A DNA stretch of 64,000 nucleotides from an uncultured Candidatus Saccharibacteria bacterium (GTDB lineage Bacteria; Patescibacteriota; Minisyncoccia; Phycocordibacterales; UBA2100), in contig CAYSUJ010000002.1 of NCBI GenBank assembly GCA_964434285.1, forward strand, positions 57,913 through 121,912, read 5' to 3'. This document shows, one piece after another, positions 1 through 9,049 of the stretch. Positions within the stretch are counted from its first letter, which is position 1; the number at the start of each line of letters is the position of its first letter. The notes beneath the pieces were generated by a model, which worked only from the letters and a program-made list of their open reading frames with translations, was not told where the DNA came from and made no database searches. A program made the position numbers and the translations under genes.

Positions 1-282
1 GTGAATATGAAAAATCCCGGATGGATTTTAGGCCTTCTCCTAATCGCTGGTCTTTCTTTCTGGATTGCGTTGCCTCGCGAAGAAATGGGAGAGGTTCAAC
101 TAGACACGAGTTGCCTTACCGAAGTTTCTACCGAACGCCGCTCTACCAATACGTTCTTCAAGACTTTTACCTGCTACGACCACGTTGGAACGAGGCAATG
201 CTACTACTTCAAGACCGAAAACGGTGTCTGCGTAAAGCTTTATAGGTACTGGTTCAACCTTGATGGCAGTCCGACCAAGTAG
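1..282 (+). CDS. Small membrane-anchored/secreted Cys-containing hypothetical protein
   Basis: ORF with N-terminal hydrophobic helix and 4 Cys. Confidence 0.55.
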   Translation: MNMKNPGWILGLLLIAGLSFWIALPREEMGEVQLDTSCLTEVSTERRSTNTFFKTFTCYDHVGTRQCYYFKTENGVCVKLYRYWFNLDGSPTK

Positions 283-414
283 CTCACATTCCTCGGACGA
301 CCAGATACCAAACTACCCCTTCAGTGGGGCGAGGTTGGATTGCGAAACCCATAAAACGGCTAAAAACCTAGATTTTTCATTTTTATATTTCCAACTTTGT
401 ATATAATGTTCTAC

Positions 415-1578
415 ATGGATACTAGGCCGACAGTGATAGATATATTCAGTGGTTGTGGTGGAATGTCATGGGGATTGCATAAGTCAGGATTCAAAGTTAT
501 TGCTGGCATTGATAACTGGGAGATTGCTCTTGAGACTTTTGCAGCAAATCACCCTGACGCAAGGGTGTACCACGAGGACATTAGAAAATTGTCGCCAGAG
601 CAGATAATGAATGACCTCGGAATTGAGCAGGGAGAGCTTGATTGTCTGGTTGGTGGACCTCCGTGCCAAGGATTTTCAAAGAACGTTCCCGCCTCATACA
701 GATATTTGGAAGACCCTCGAAATCAACTTTTCCGAGACTATCTCACTTATGTAGAAGCCCTACTACCTAAGACTTTGGTGATGGAAAACGTGGCAGAGAT
801 ATATAACGCATTCGATGGGAGCGTTAGAGATGAGATTGTCGCCAAACTAGAAAGTATGGGTTATGAAGTTGAGGTAAGAGTTGTACATGTTCCCGATTAC
901 GGAGTTCCTCAAAGGAGACGCCGATGTCTTTTCTTCGCTTCCAGAACTGGGGTTAGACCCTTTTTCCCATCAGCAACTCATGCGAAAGCAGAGACACTTC
1001 TGCAGAAGAAGTTTGTCTCTGCGTGGGATGCAATATCTGACCTCCCATCAATTGAACACGGAGCTGGTACGGATGAAATGAAATATGCCTGCAATCCGAA
1101 GAACGAATATCAAGCAACGATGAGAGCAAACTCTAAAAAAGTGCTCAACCACAAGAGCCGAGCATTGAAAGATAAGCAGTACAAACGGATGGCCTCTCTA
1201 AAAGCGGGTCAAGCTCATAAGGATTTACCGCCTGAGCTTAGACCCAAAGCTGGCTATAGCGGAGCATACGGCAGACTCGACTTTGAAATGCTCGCCCCCA
1301 CCATTACACGTTGGGTTTTCCACCCAGGCTCAGGACGCTTTGGGCATCCAAAAGATATCCGCACCATTACCATGAGAGAGGCCGCACGGCTCCACTCTTT
1401 CACGGACGACTTTAGATTCTTGGGTAGCTACACAGAACAGGCGGGACAAATCGGAAACGCAGTACCCCCTCTTCTTATGACGACGCTGGCACCAGTTATT
1501 CTGACATGTCTAGCTTCGCCGAAATATAATCTATCGTTTCAGACAGCGGGAGACGCTTTGGAGAAAGCTCGAAAATAA
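415..1578 (+). CDS. DNA cytosine-5 methyltransferase
   Basis: Motifs DIFSGCGG (I), GGPPCQGFS (IV), MENV (VI), QRRRR (VIII), TMREAARL (IX), GNAVPP (X). ATG 415 is preceded by TATAAT. Confidence 0.95.
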   Translation: MDTRPTVIDIFSGCGGMSWGLHKSGFKVIAGIDNWEIALETFAANHPDARVYHEDIRKLSPEQIMNDLGIEQGELDCLVGGPPCQGFSKNVPASYRYLEDPRNQLFRDYLTYVEALLPKTLVMENVAEIYNAFDGSVRDEIVAKLESMGYEVEVRVVHVPDYGVPQRRRRCLFFASRTGVRPFFPSATHAKAETLLQKKFVSAWDAISDLPSIEHGAGTDEMKYACNPKNEYQATMRANSKKVLNHKSRALKDKQYKRMASLKAGQAHKDLPPELRPKAGYSGAYGRLDFEMLAPTITRWVFHPGSGRFGHPKDIRTITMREAARLHSFTDDFRFLGSYTEQAGQIGNAVPPLLMTTLAPVILTCLASPKYNLSFQTAGDALEKARK

Positions 1579-2254
1579 ATGCCTTGTCGGTTAGTCGAAA
1601 TCTCTCGAACAGTTGCTTTTGGTTTGGATACCAACGGAAGGCGACGAATCTATCGGCCTTCCTAATCCCCTGAAGACCTGTTTTGGTTTTGTCTGTCCAG
1701 TGCCATTCCAGTTCTTCTGGCTTGTAGTAAGCAACGTCCTCTTCGACGTACGCATACTTATTGCGGTCTGGAGACTTTATCAAAATGCAGACCCGCTTAT
1801 CATCAACACCCTGTATCTGTGCATCTTTTTCCACTTTCTCTTGATACCAGTGCTTCAAAAGCGCCTTGCCCAAGTCAGCGGGCTTACTGTCTTTTGTCAG
1901 CGTCTTGAACCCAAGAGCTTCGGCCTTCTTAAAAATGTCAGCACGCTGAATGACTAACTCGAACTCGAATGGGGTGTTTGATATCGGCCATTGGACTGCT
2001 TTACCCGACCATCCGATTCTATTCTTGGTATCTATGACATCGAACAACCGCTTGCTTCGGATGGAGGTGAGTGGGTCAATGAGCTCCACCCGCTTTGTAT
2101 AGGCAAAGACTGCTTCCCAGATATAGTCCTCCAAGTCGTCGATGAATGGCAAAGCCATCACTGCGGCGATGGCCTTCTTGAGACGGGCTTGCTCCTCCTT
2201 GTTTAGTGAATAGTGCACATCGGGAAGGATATATGAAATGAGATACTTTTTCAA
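1496..2254 (-). CDS. Putative type II restriction endonuclease (cognate of the adjacent C5 MTase)
   Basis: 252-aa soluble ORF convergent with and overlapping the MTase; FD...K pattern is compatible with PD-(D/E)xK. Called mainly from context. Confidence 0.6.
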   Translation of the reverse strand: MKKYLISYILPDVHYSLNKEEQARLKKAIAAVMALPFIDDLEDYIWEAVFAYTKRVELIDPLTSIRSKRLFDVIDTKNRIGWSGKAVQWPISNTPFEFELVIQRADIFKKAEALGFKTLTKDSKPADLGKALLKHWYQEKVEKDAQIQGVDDKRVCILIKSPDRNKYAYVEEDVAYYKPEELEWHWTDKTKTGLQGIRKADRFVAFRWYPNQKQLFERFRLTDKAFIFELSPKRLPLSETIDYISAKLDMSE

Positions 2255-2361
2255 AGACTGGTTTACTTACGAGAGTGAAAGTAATAATATGCCTCTACAC
2301 AACCAATATTGAGCCGCAAGGCTAGTGCCTAAACCATTTGCTTCGGCGGGTGGCATGGCAT

Positions 2362-2496
2362 GAAATCGTTGAGGATAGAAAACCCGTCATTCAGGGCGTC
2401 CTCAACGTTGCGGAGGGAAACTTCCGTAGGGGCCTAAAAACCCTCCTGGTGGCGGGCTTTGTGTTTGCCACCGGATTACAAACGTAATTCGGATAC
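2362..2496 (+). ncRNA. Candidate structured cis-regulatory RNA leader (copy 1)
   Basis: Stem 2367-2375/2399-2407; long helix 2379-2395/2445-2460; GAAA hairpin 2409-2428; hairpin 2471-2492. Same architecture as 62204-62360. Confidence 0.65.
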
Positions 2497-3084
2497 ATGA
2501 AAAGATTACTGAAATTGGCGGCAATTACAGCAGGTAGTTTTACAGGCATTTGTTTATTCATTCTCGGCTGGATATTACTCGGCGCAACGGTTGGTTTTCT
2601 CTGGTCGCTCGCCATCGTAAGCGCCTTGCTTCTTGTTGCCGCATTCGCGCTAAATCAGTTTGCTCAAACAGGGAAAGCAAAGAATGCCGGAAGGAAGATT
2701 GCCACCGCAGTCTTTAGCGTCCTGGCAATCGTCGGAATCACATACTCGGGAGCTTGGTTGATTGGCGGCGCTGAAAATAACGGCAACGATGACACTCAGG
2801 TTGAGGAGAAGGTCATGGTTGAATTCGACAGCATTAGAGCGTGGCAGTCCGTCCAGAACGATGTGAAAAACCAGTTGAAAGCTCCGTCAACCGCAAAACT
2901 ATCGAGCTACGGAAACTCTACGGTCAAGAAGCATGCAACGGAGCCAAACACGTACGTCATCCGGGGATATGTCGACGCTCAAAACAGCTTCGGAGCGATG
3001 CTTCGTCAAGAATATGTTGCAACCGTCGTGTTCTTCCCCAATGGAGGCACGTATCTCCCCATAGACATCCAGTTCATCCAATAA
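2497..3084 (+). CDS. Membrane protein with C-terminal LKAPSTA...VDAQNSFGA domain
   Basis: About 3 TM helices, then a domain clearly homologous to 61703..62203. Confidence 0.8.
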   Translation: MKRLLKLAAITAGSFTGICLFILGWILLGATVGFLWSLAIVSALLLVAAFALNQFAQTGKAKNAGRKIATAVFSVLAIVGITYSGAWLIGGAENNGNDDTQVEEKVMVEFDSIRAWQSVQNDVKNQLKAPSTAKLSSYGNSTVKKHATEPNTYVIRGYVDAQNSFGAMLRQEYVATVVFFPNGGTYLPIDIQFIQ

Positions 3085-3445
3085 CCTACGGCTGGGGACA
3101 GAGATGTCCTCAGGGAGTTCTGAGATTGGTTGAGGGAAACGAAAAGCTAAAGGATATAGGTTTCCATTATCCTCCGACAATCCGCACCCTGCGGACAATA
3201 TCACCACACAAACTTTCATTGAATAAAAGGCCCTTCATGGTGTATGCTCTCCATACAACTAAATAACCTTCCGGAGGTACCGTAGAGGATCGTTTTTGAA
3301 CCTCGCTTTTTGTCCTCCGAAAGAAGCATTGCTTCCGTACGCGGAGACTTCTTTCGGATTGCAGAAGCGAGTTTTCGTTTTGGCAGTCGGAGCAATCTTC
3401 TCCTTACACATACTAGGGACGGCAATCCGTCCGACCAATGAAGCC

Positions 3446-3895
3446 ATGGATACTTCCACGGTACAAAAGAAGGCGAATACCCAGATATGGGAGCCTCTTT
3501 TTCAGCTTCTCCTCGGAGAGGAGTCCAGCGCCTCCGACAAGGAGCGCATTAGCCGCCTTTCTCAAGAGGCGGCGCAGATTAGCAGCTTTGTAAAGACCGT
3601 CCAGTCATACCCCCACGAATACGAATGGTGGTGGGACAAATTGAGTCCTAGCGAAAGAGTGGTCCTCGGTTTTCTTCTCAGCGAAATCGCTGGCTCGGGA
3701 GAAACGAGGCGTGCAATCACGGCTCACGAGCTGGAATCTGCAACCGACCTAGGACAGCCTGAGATTCGTGAGGCAACCAGACGACTCACGTCCTTGAGAC
3801 TTATAAGGGTGCTACGAGCAACCCCAGGGACGGATGTATACGTCCTGTCGCTTTACGACGAGGACGATGGTGCCTTAACCCCTAGCAAACTATGA
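3446..3895 (+). CDS. Winged-helix protein, paralog of the downstream rep-like gene
   Basis: WWDKLSPSERVVLGFLL...LGQPEIREATRRL wHTH pattern; stop overlaps the next start. Confidence 0.65.
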   Translation: MDTSTVQKKANTQIWEPLFQLLLGEESSASDKERISRLSQEAAQISSFVKTVQSYPHEYEWWWDKLSPSERVVLGFLLSEIAGSGETRRAITAHELESATDLGQPEIREATRRLTSLRLIRVLRATPGTDVYVLSLYDEDDGALTPSKL

Positions 3896-4626
3896 GGTTC
3901 AAAATAAAAAATGGTGAATTCACTGGATTCACCGGAGAAGACATGTCGGTCTTCTTCAAATATCCAAGAGTCTTGGAGTTCTGGTGGGGCGGTCTCAGCG
4001 GCAGTGAACACAAGGTCCTTGATTTCATTCTCCGCCAACTCATCGGGTTCCAGAAGGATGCTGATGCCATCTCTCTCGACCAGTTCACGAAAGGCATTGG
4101 GAAAAACAATCGAGGCACTGGACTTAGCGAATCGCAGGTGCGTCGAGCCGTAAAAAACCTGGAACTCAAAGGTTTCATCGAAGTCGAAAGACGTCGGTTT
4201 GGGCCGAGCATATTCAGAATCCGCTTTGCGGAAGGCGTTATCGTAGACGGGCAAGGTAATACCACAACGATTCCACAGAAAGACGTTCGTGATGTCATTG
4301 AACGCTTCCGAACAATCGATTCTGGGAATATCGAAAAAATCCTCAAAGACAAGCGTCAGTTCGCAGCCATGACACGCGTCATGACAAAATACGGACCCCT
4401 AGAGGCAGAGTGGCTCGTATGCGCCCTTCAGTTCACACGAGGAAAGGAAAACGCCCCGAGCATTGCTTCGCCGCTTGAACTCGAGAGCAAGCTACCGAAT
4501 CTAGTCGGATACATCAAAAAGCAGGCGGAGAAGTTTCCTCGCTCTGTGGTGAGCCTAGAACTCGGTGTGAACGTTGTCGGGAAAAAGCACCAAAACGCGA
4601 AACCAAGTCTCGAATTCCTAAATTAG
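3892..4626 (+). CDS. Phage replication protein O-like wHTH protein
   Basis: LSGSEHKVLDFILRQLIGFQKDADAISLDQF...GLSESQVRRAVKNLELKGFI resembles the lambda O N-terminal domain. Confidence 0.7.
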   Translation: MRFKIKNGEFTGFTGEDMSVFFKYPRVLEFWWGGLSGSEHKVLDFILRQLIGFQKDADAISLDQFTKGIGKNNRGTGLSESQVRRAVKNLELKGFIEVERRRFGPSIFRIRFAEGVIVDGQGNTTTIPQKDVRDVIERFRTIDSGNIEKILKDKRQFAAMTRVMTKYGPLEAEWLVCALQFTRGKENAPSIASPLELESKLPNLVGYIKKQAEKFPRSVVSLELGVNVVGKKHQNAKPSLEFLN

Positions 4627-4633
4627 GTACCAC

Positions 4634-4760
4634 CGGTCATCATGACACCGGGGTGTTCAAAAGTGATACGGAGGGGTATCAAAAAGAACACTCGACTGGT
4701 GTTCATAGTGAAACCCACAATAGAGAATAAATACCAAAAGAGGTATTTACAAGAATGGTT
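4634..4760. repeat. Iteron-like quasi-palindromic repeats plus A-rich tract (candidate element origin)
   Basis: GGTCATCATGACACC, GGTGTTCAAAAGTGATAC, GGTATCAAAAAGAACAC, GGTGTTCATAGTGAAACC, the last three about 23 bp apart. Confidence 0.5.
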
Positions 4761-4924
4761 TTCTGGAGAGGAAGAGGTCTGGAAGAGTAAAGAGAATGAC
4801 TCTGCTCATCCCTCCAGAAGACCGCTTGTAAACATTCACTAATGTACAACAGTTGGAACTTGTTATACCTATATTCTAAGCCATATTTTGCAGTTCTCAC
4901 TGCATAATCGGCTTCCAGAAATAT

Positions 4925-5098
4925 ATGGATATCGAATCTCTCAAGGACTACTTCATCGCCGACCAGATACAGCGTATCGAATTACTCACACGAGACGAGC
5001 TAGTCCGTGAACTTATCTCAATCAAATCAGCGGAGCTGGAAGCCATGACCCCTCACGACCTTCTGAGGCTCTGCGAGACAAAAAAATATGGAAACTGA
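4925..5098 (+). CDS. 57-aa helical hypothetical protein overlapping the recombinase start (not in ORF track)
   Basis: MDIESLKDYFIADQIQRIELLTRDELVRELISIKSAELEAMTPHDLLRLCETKKYGN, translated by hand. Confidence 0.55.
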   Translation: MDIESLKDYFIADQIQRIELLTRDELVRELISIKSAELEAMTPHDLLRLCETKKYGN

Positions 5099-6866
5099 CA
5101 CCATTACACCAATCACCGAGGAAACCACACAACCAGAACAAAAACAGAGGCGAGCCGCCTTATATCTGCGCGTCTCGACCGACGAGCAGGCAAAAGAAGG
5201 TTTTAGCTTAGAACTTCAGGAGGAAAAGGGGCGCGGCTACTGCAAGCTCCATGAACACGCTCTGGCAGAGAAACACATTTACAAGGACGACATCTCTGGC
5301 ACGTTTGAAGCTGAAAGGCGCCCAGGTCTAGGTATGCTTTTCGAGGCCGCGAGGAACGGAGAGTTTGACGTTGTTGTCATCTATAAGATTGACCGACTAG
5401 CCCGCAGTCTTCTGGTCCTCAAGAACACCATACACGAACTGGAGAAGCTCGGAATCGGTCTCAAGTCCGTCATGGAACAGTTCGATACGCAAACGCCGAT
5501 AGGACGAACGAACGTAAATATCCTCGGCACCTTCGCTGAATTCGAGAGAGACCAAATCCGGGACCGGACAATGGGAGGGAGAATGCGAGCAATGGAGATG
5601 GGACGATGGGTCGGCATTACTCCATACGGGTATACCAAGGACAAGGAGACACGTAAGCTCGTGGTGAACGAAAAGGAGGCGAGGGTCGTGAGAAAAATAT
5701 ACGGTTGGCTCGTGAACGAACAACTGTCCCTCAGAGAAGTTGAGAGACGCATGAATCGCTTGAAGATACCTGCTCCGTTCTCCTCAAAAATAACGAAGCG
5801 GGAAACGCAGAATTACTGGCACAAGCGGACGATAGGACGCATCTTAACCAACGAAGTATTCACAGGGCGTTTCTGCTATCGCAAGTACAAGCGTCCATTC
5901 AATAATCTGACGAGCATCACCGAATCGAGCAAACTACGACCTCAAAAAGAGTGGATATGCATAGAAACACCCCCGATTATCTCGCCGGAAATGTTCAAGG
6001 CGGCAAAACAGCAACTCCTAAGAAACCGCGAATTCGCAAAGCGGAAACTTAAGAACATGTATCTGTACTCAAAGATAGTCAGATGCGGACGATGTGGATT
6101 CAAGATGTTCGGCGGATTCCAGCCGCCTCGCGGGAAGTGGAACTACCCTGGAGGATACTACTATCACGGCATTTATCGTGAGAAAGACGCCGCAGGAAAA
6201 AGTAAACGCTGTGCGTGGTGTCCGAATTACTCCGAGGCAAGAATGGAGCCGATTTGGGAATGTCTAAGGGATATCTTGAAGAATCCGGCAAACATCATGA
6301 CCCCCCTCGAAAGATATGTACGCAAGGGAGAAGACCCTCATGTAATCACAGGACGTTTAGCTGAGATACACGAGACGTTGGAAAACCTTGGCCAGAAACG
6401 AATCAGAGCCAACGAACTCTACATTGCGAACAAAATAAAGAAAGAAGAGCTCAACAATTACTACCGAGACTACGACAAGGAGGAAAAGATACTGAACGAT
6501 GAGGCCCTGAAGCTCCGTCAGAGTCTTCTCGGGAAGGAAGAAATCGCAGACCAGAAGCGAGCGATAGAGGGGGCATATAAGCGGATACAGACGAAACTGG
6601 ACGAGACCACCCGCAGTGAGAAAGCGAAAATAATTCACATGTTCGTCGAGAGCATCACCCTCCATGCTACGGAGAACTACGCAGAGGTGGTATGCAAGTT
6701 TCCTAGCAACACGGAAACCAGAAATCCCCGTGCAGAGAGGCAAGGTCTAGGTGTGAACGGCACTGTTCCTCTCGTGCTGAGAGTAAACACAATCCCGGAA
6801 GAAGACAGACGAGCGTACATGCTCAAAACAAACCCTGGTATGTACGTCCCGAAGTCCCTGATTTAG
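5088..6866 (+). CDS. Large serine recombinase (resolvase + recombinase + Zn ribbon + coiled coil)
   Basis: YLRVST catalytic Ser, KIDRLAR, FAEFERDQIRDRT, PYGY, CGRCG. Confidence 0.95.
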   Translation: METDTITPITEETTQPEQKQRRAALYLRVSTDEQAKEGFSLELQEEKGRGYCKLHEHALAEKHIYKDDISGTFEAERRPGLGMLFEAARNGEFDVVVIYKIDRLARSLLVLKNTIHELEKLGIGLKSVMEQFDTQTPIGRTNVNILGTFAEFERDQIRDRTMGGRMRAMEMGRWVGITPYGYTKDKETRKLVVNEKEARVVRKIYGWLVNEQLSLREVERRMNRLKIPAPFSSKITKRETQNYWHKRTIGRILTNEVFTGRFCYRKYKRPFNNLTSITESSKLRPQKEWICIETPPIISPEMFKAAKQQLLRNREFAKRKLKNMYLYSKIVRCGRCGFKMFGGFQPPRGKWNYPGGYYYHGIYREKDAAGKSKRCAWCPNYSEARMEPIWECLRDILKNPANIMTPLERYVRKGEDPHVITGRLAEIHETLENLGQKRIRANELYIANKIKKEELNNYYRDYDKEEKILNDEALKLRQSLLGKEEIADQKRAIEGAYKRIQTKLDETTRSEKAKIIHMFVESITLHATENYAEVVCKFPSNTETRNPRAERQGLGVNGTVPLVLRVNTIPEEDRRAYMLKTNPGMYVPKSLI

Positions 6867-7025
6867 CTCGGGAGAGGTAAGAATTATTGAAACAAGGCCA
6901 CAAACTCACGTTGTGAGGCTGTTTAGTGTTGTCCACCGCAAAGGCCCTTCGGGCAAATAGTGACAACAATGGTGTTCGAAAAGTATTACGACGTATTACA
7001 GGTGTATATTTTTTCCAAACCTACC

Positions 7026-7640
7026 TTCCTAGACGAGTTTCCTGAATTTCATCGTGATGTGATTCAGGCGCTTCGCGAACCGCTCGAGGATGGCGTGGTA
7101 TCTATTGCTCGCTCAAAAGCCTCCGCGGTATACCCGGCGAACTTTCTCCTTATTGCTGCACTGAATCCATGTCCCTGCGGCTTCTGGGGGAGTGGGAGGT
7201 GTGAATGCATGCCACATGCGATCGAGAAATACCGCCGGAAGATCTCGGGACCTATCGCGGATCGCATCGACATGTGGGTAACAGTCGGCGAGATGCCGCT
7301 CTCCATGCTCTCTACAAAGGCGAAACGCGCGTCGGGGGAAACAGTGGCAGCTCGCGAAGCAATCACGCGCGCTCGCGCCACGCAGGGTAAGCGCTTTATA
7401 GGGAGCGGCCGCGTGCACACAAACGCCGACATGAAAGCGCGCGATATAGAAGCCCATGCTCTGCTTGAAAACGACGCGGAGAAAGCCTTACAGGAAGCCG
7501 CCGAGCGTCTCAAACTCTCCGCCCGCGGCTACCACCGCACTATCAAGCTCGCCCGCACAATTGCCGATCTTGCCGAATCGGAGACTATACAAACATCACA
7601 CATGCTCGAAGCACTCCAATACCGCGCTCGCGAAATTTAA
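7026..7640 (+). pseudogene. comM: 3' half of comM (YifB-family Mg-chelatase-like AAA+ ATPase), interrupted by element 1
   Basis: FLDEFPEF Walker B, LREPLEDG, AALNPCPCG, ISGPIADRID, LSARGYHRTIKLARTIADL. Lon-like domain and Walker A are missing. Confidence 0.9.
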
Positions 7641-7693
7641 ATAAAAAAGCGAAACAATAAAATAATCTGTACTAAAAACGGGGTGTTCATAGT

Positions 7694-8719
7694 TTAGAAC
7701 GGGTTTCGTGGACCACCACGGATCTCGAAGTGGAGGTGTGCGCCCGTTGAGCGACCACTGTTACCAACGCGAGCAATCGTCTCACCCTGACTCACATACT
7801 GGCCAACACTCACCAGTACGGCCGATGCATGAGCATAGAGTGTCTGTGTACCGTTAGGGTGACGGATGACGACATACGAACCATACCCTCCGTTCCATCC
7901 ACCTTGACGGGCCACAATCACGTCCCCAGATGCGGCTGCGACTATTGGCGTGCCGACGGGAGCGCCTATGTCGACACCGTTGTACCCGTGAATACCTTGG
8001 GTACGGACACCGCTCGTAGGGCGCATGTAATACCCAGCATATGAGGGAGATGGCGCGCCGAGCGGTGCGGCTTTGCGGATTGGCGCGGGGGCGATGATTT
8101 CACCATTTGGAATGATGATTTCAGAACCAACAGCAAGCTCTCCCTCCGCAAGACCGTTAAACTGGGCGATTTCCTCACTATCCCCCTGATACTTCTTTGC
8201 GATCGAGGCGAGCGTGTCTCCTGATTTGACCTTGTACTTAAGTCCGCTCACCGGAAGAATGGTTAATGTGTCACCCTTCTTGATAGAGGTTGCTCGCGGA
8301 AGGTCGTTTGCCCAGAGGATAGTATTCACCGAAACATCAAACATCTCGGCAACCTGGGAAAGAGTGTCCCCTTCACGCACAACATACAAGCTGATGGTCG
8401 CATTCTTAGGTTTCCCTATGTCAGCGATCGTGCCCGATGGCCCATCTTCGGCTATCACAGCACTTTCGTCGAGGATGGTCACCTCGCCACCACCTTTTGC
8501 AGGGATAGAGCTGGCGCTTGCCTCGGCAAGCGGCATAGACTGCACGGTAACCACGCGGTTCGATGACGACGCCTCTGCCTTTGAGCCAAAAAAAGATTGA
8601 AGCTCAAAGGAAAAGGCCCGAGCGGAAAGTGGGACAGCAGAGACCACTGATCCGATGAGGCAAAGGATTGAAATAACACCAAATACTCCGTTCCTGCGAA
8701 GTGTTCTTTTTTGTTTCAT
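7694..8719 (-). CDS. LysM-domain M23 family peptidase
   Basis: Signal-like N-terminus, two LysM repeats (YVVREGDTL, YKVKSGDTL), M23 motifs GVDIG, YAH, HLHFEIR. Start could be as far upstream as 8764. Confidence 0.9.
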   Translation of the reverse strand: MKQKRTLRRNGVFGVISILCLIGSVVSAVPLSARAFSFELQSFFGSKAEASSSNRVVTVQSMPLAEASASSIPAKGGGEVTILDESAVIAEDGPSGTIADIGKPKNATISLYVVREGDTLSQVAEMFDVSVNTILWANDLPRATSIKKGDTLTILPVSGLKYKVKSGDTLASIAKKYQGDSEEIAQFNGLAEGELAVGSEIIIPNGEIIAPAPIRKAAPLGAPSPSYAGYYMRPTSGVRTQGIHGYNGVDIGAPVGTPIVAAASGDVIVARQGGWNGGYGSYVVIRHPNGTQTLYAHASAVLVSVGQYVSQGETIARVGNSGRSTGAHLHFEIRGGPRNPF

Positions 8720-9049
8720 TTCCTGGGTTTTTTGAGATTTCCCAGAAAAGTCCTGATCGTGCAATGTTATAAGCCAACGTAAACGATTCGCCTGCTACAG
8801 GAGCCTAAGAGGGTGTTTCCCTAGATACCTCTAGAAATCCGAGCTTTTGAGCCGTTTTTGGGGTGGGAGCAGAGCGTCTTCAGAAAATATGGCTCTAAAC
8901 AAAGCTTTTATAGAGAGCCGAATCAAGCGGTATACCACCTCATGGGTAACGGTAGCTCGCGGAGGGGGTGCGAGTCAATGAAAAAAACATTAAGGGAGTG
9001 GATAGCAAAAGTGTCAATTTTGGTGAGTTCACCATGGTATAGTGCCCCC

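Larger units (their letters stand above)
1..7025. mobile_element. Integrative element 1 (right part) with large serine recombinase, inserted in comM; left end outside window
   Basis: R-M cargo, rep-like genes and a serine recombinase end ~160 bp before an N-terminally truncated comM whose homology starts abruptly at FLDEFPEF (7026). Confidence 0.8.

Noticed and set aside
2362-2496. c-di-GMP-I riboswitch or HDV-like ribozyme identity for the shared leader
   Set aside because: Only fragments resemble these classes (GAAA loop, GGCCTAAA, crossing helices). Required core elements are not shared by both copies, so it is left unclassified.
8770-8960. Possible c-di-AMP (ydaO) riboswitch before the LysM/M23 gene
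   Set aside because: Some hairpins are present, but the conserved ydaO sequence motifs are not.
8959-8970. 12-nt match (CACCCCCTCCGC, minus strand) to the tRNA-Ser 3' end / att core
   Set aside because: It falls in the spacer of a plausible promoter for the LysM gene, has no tRNA structure or element boundary nearby, and is low-complexity; probably chance.
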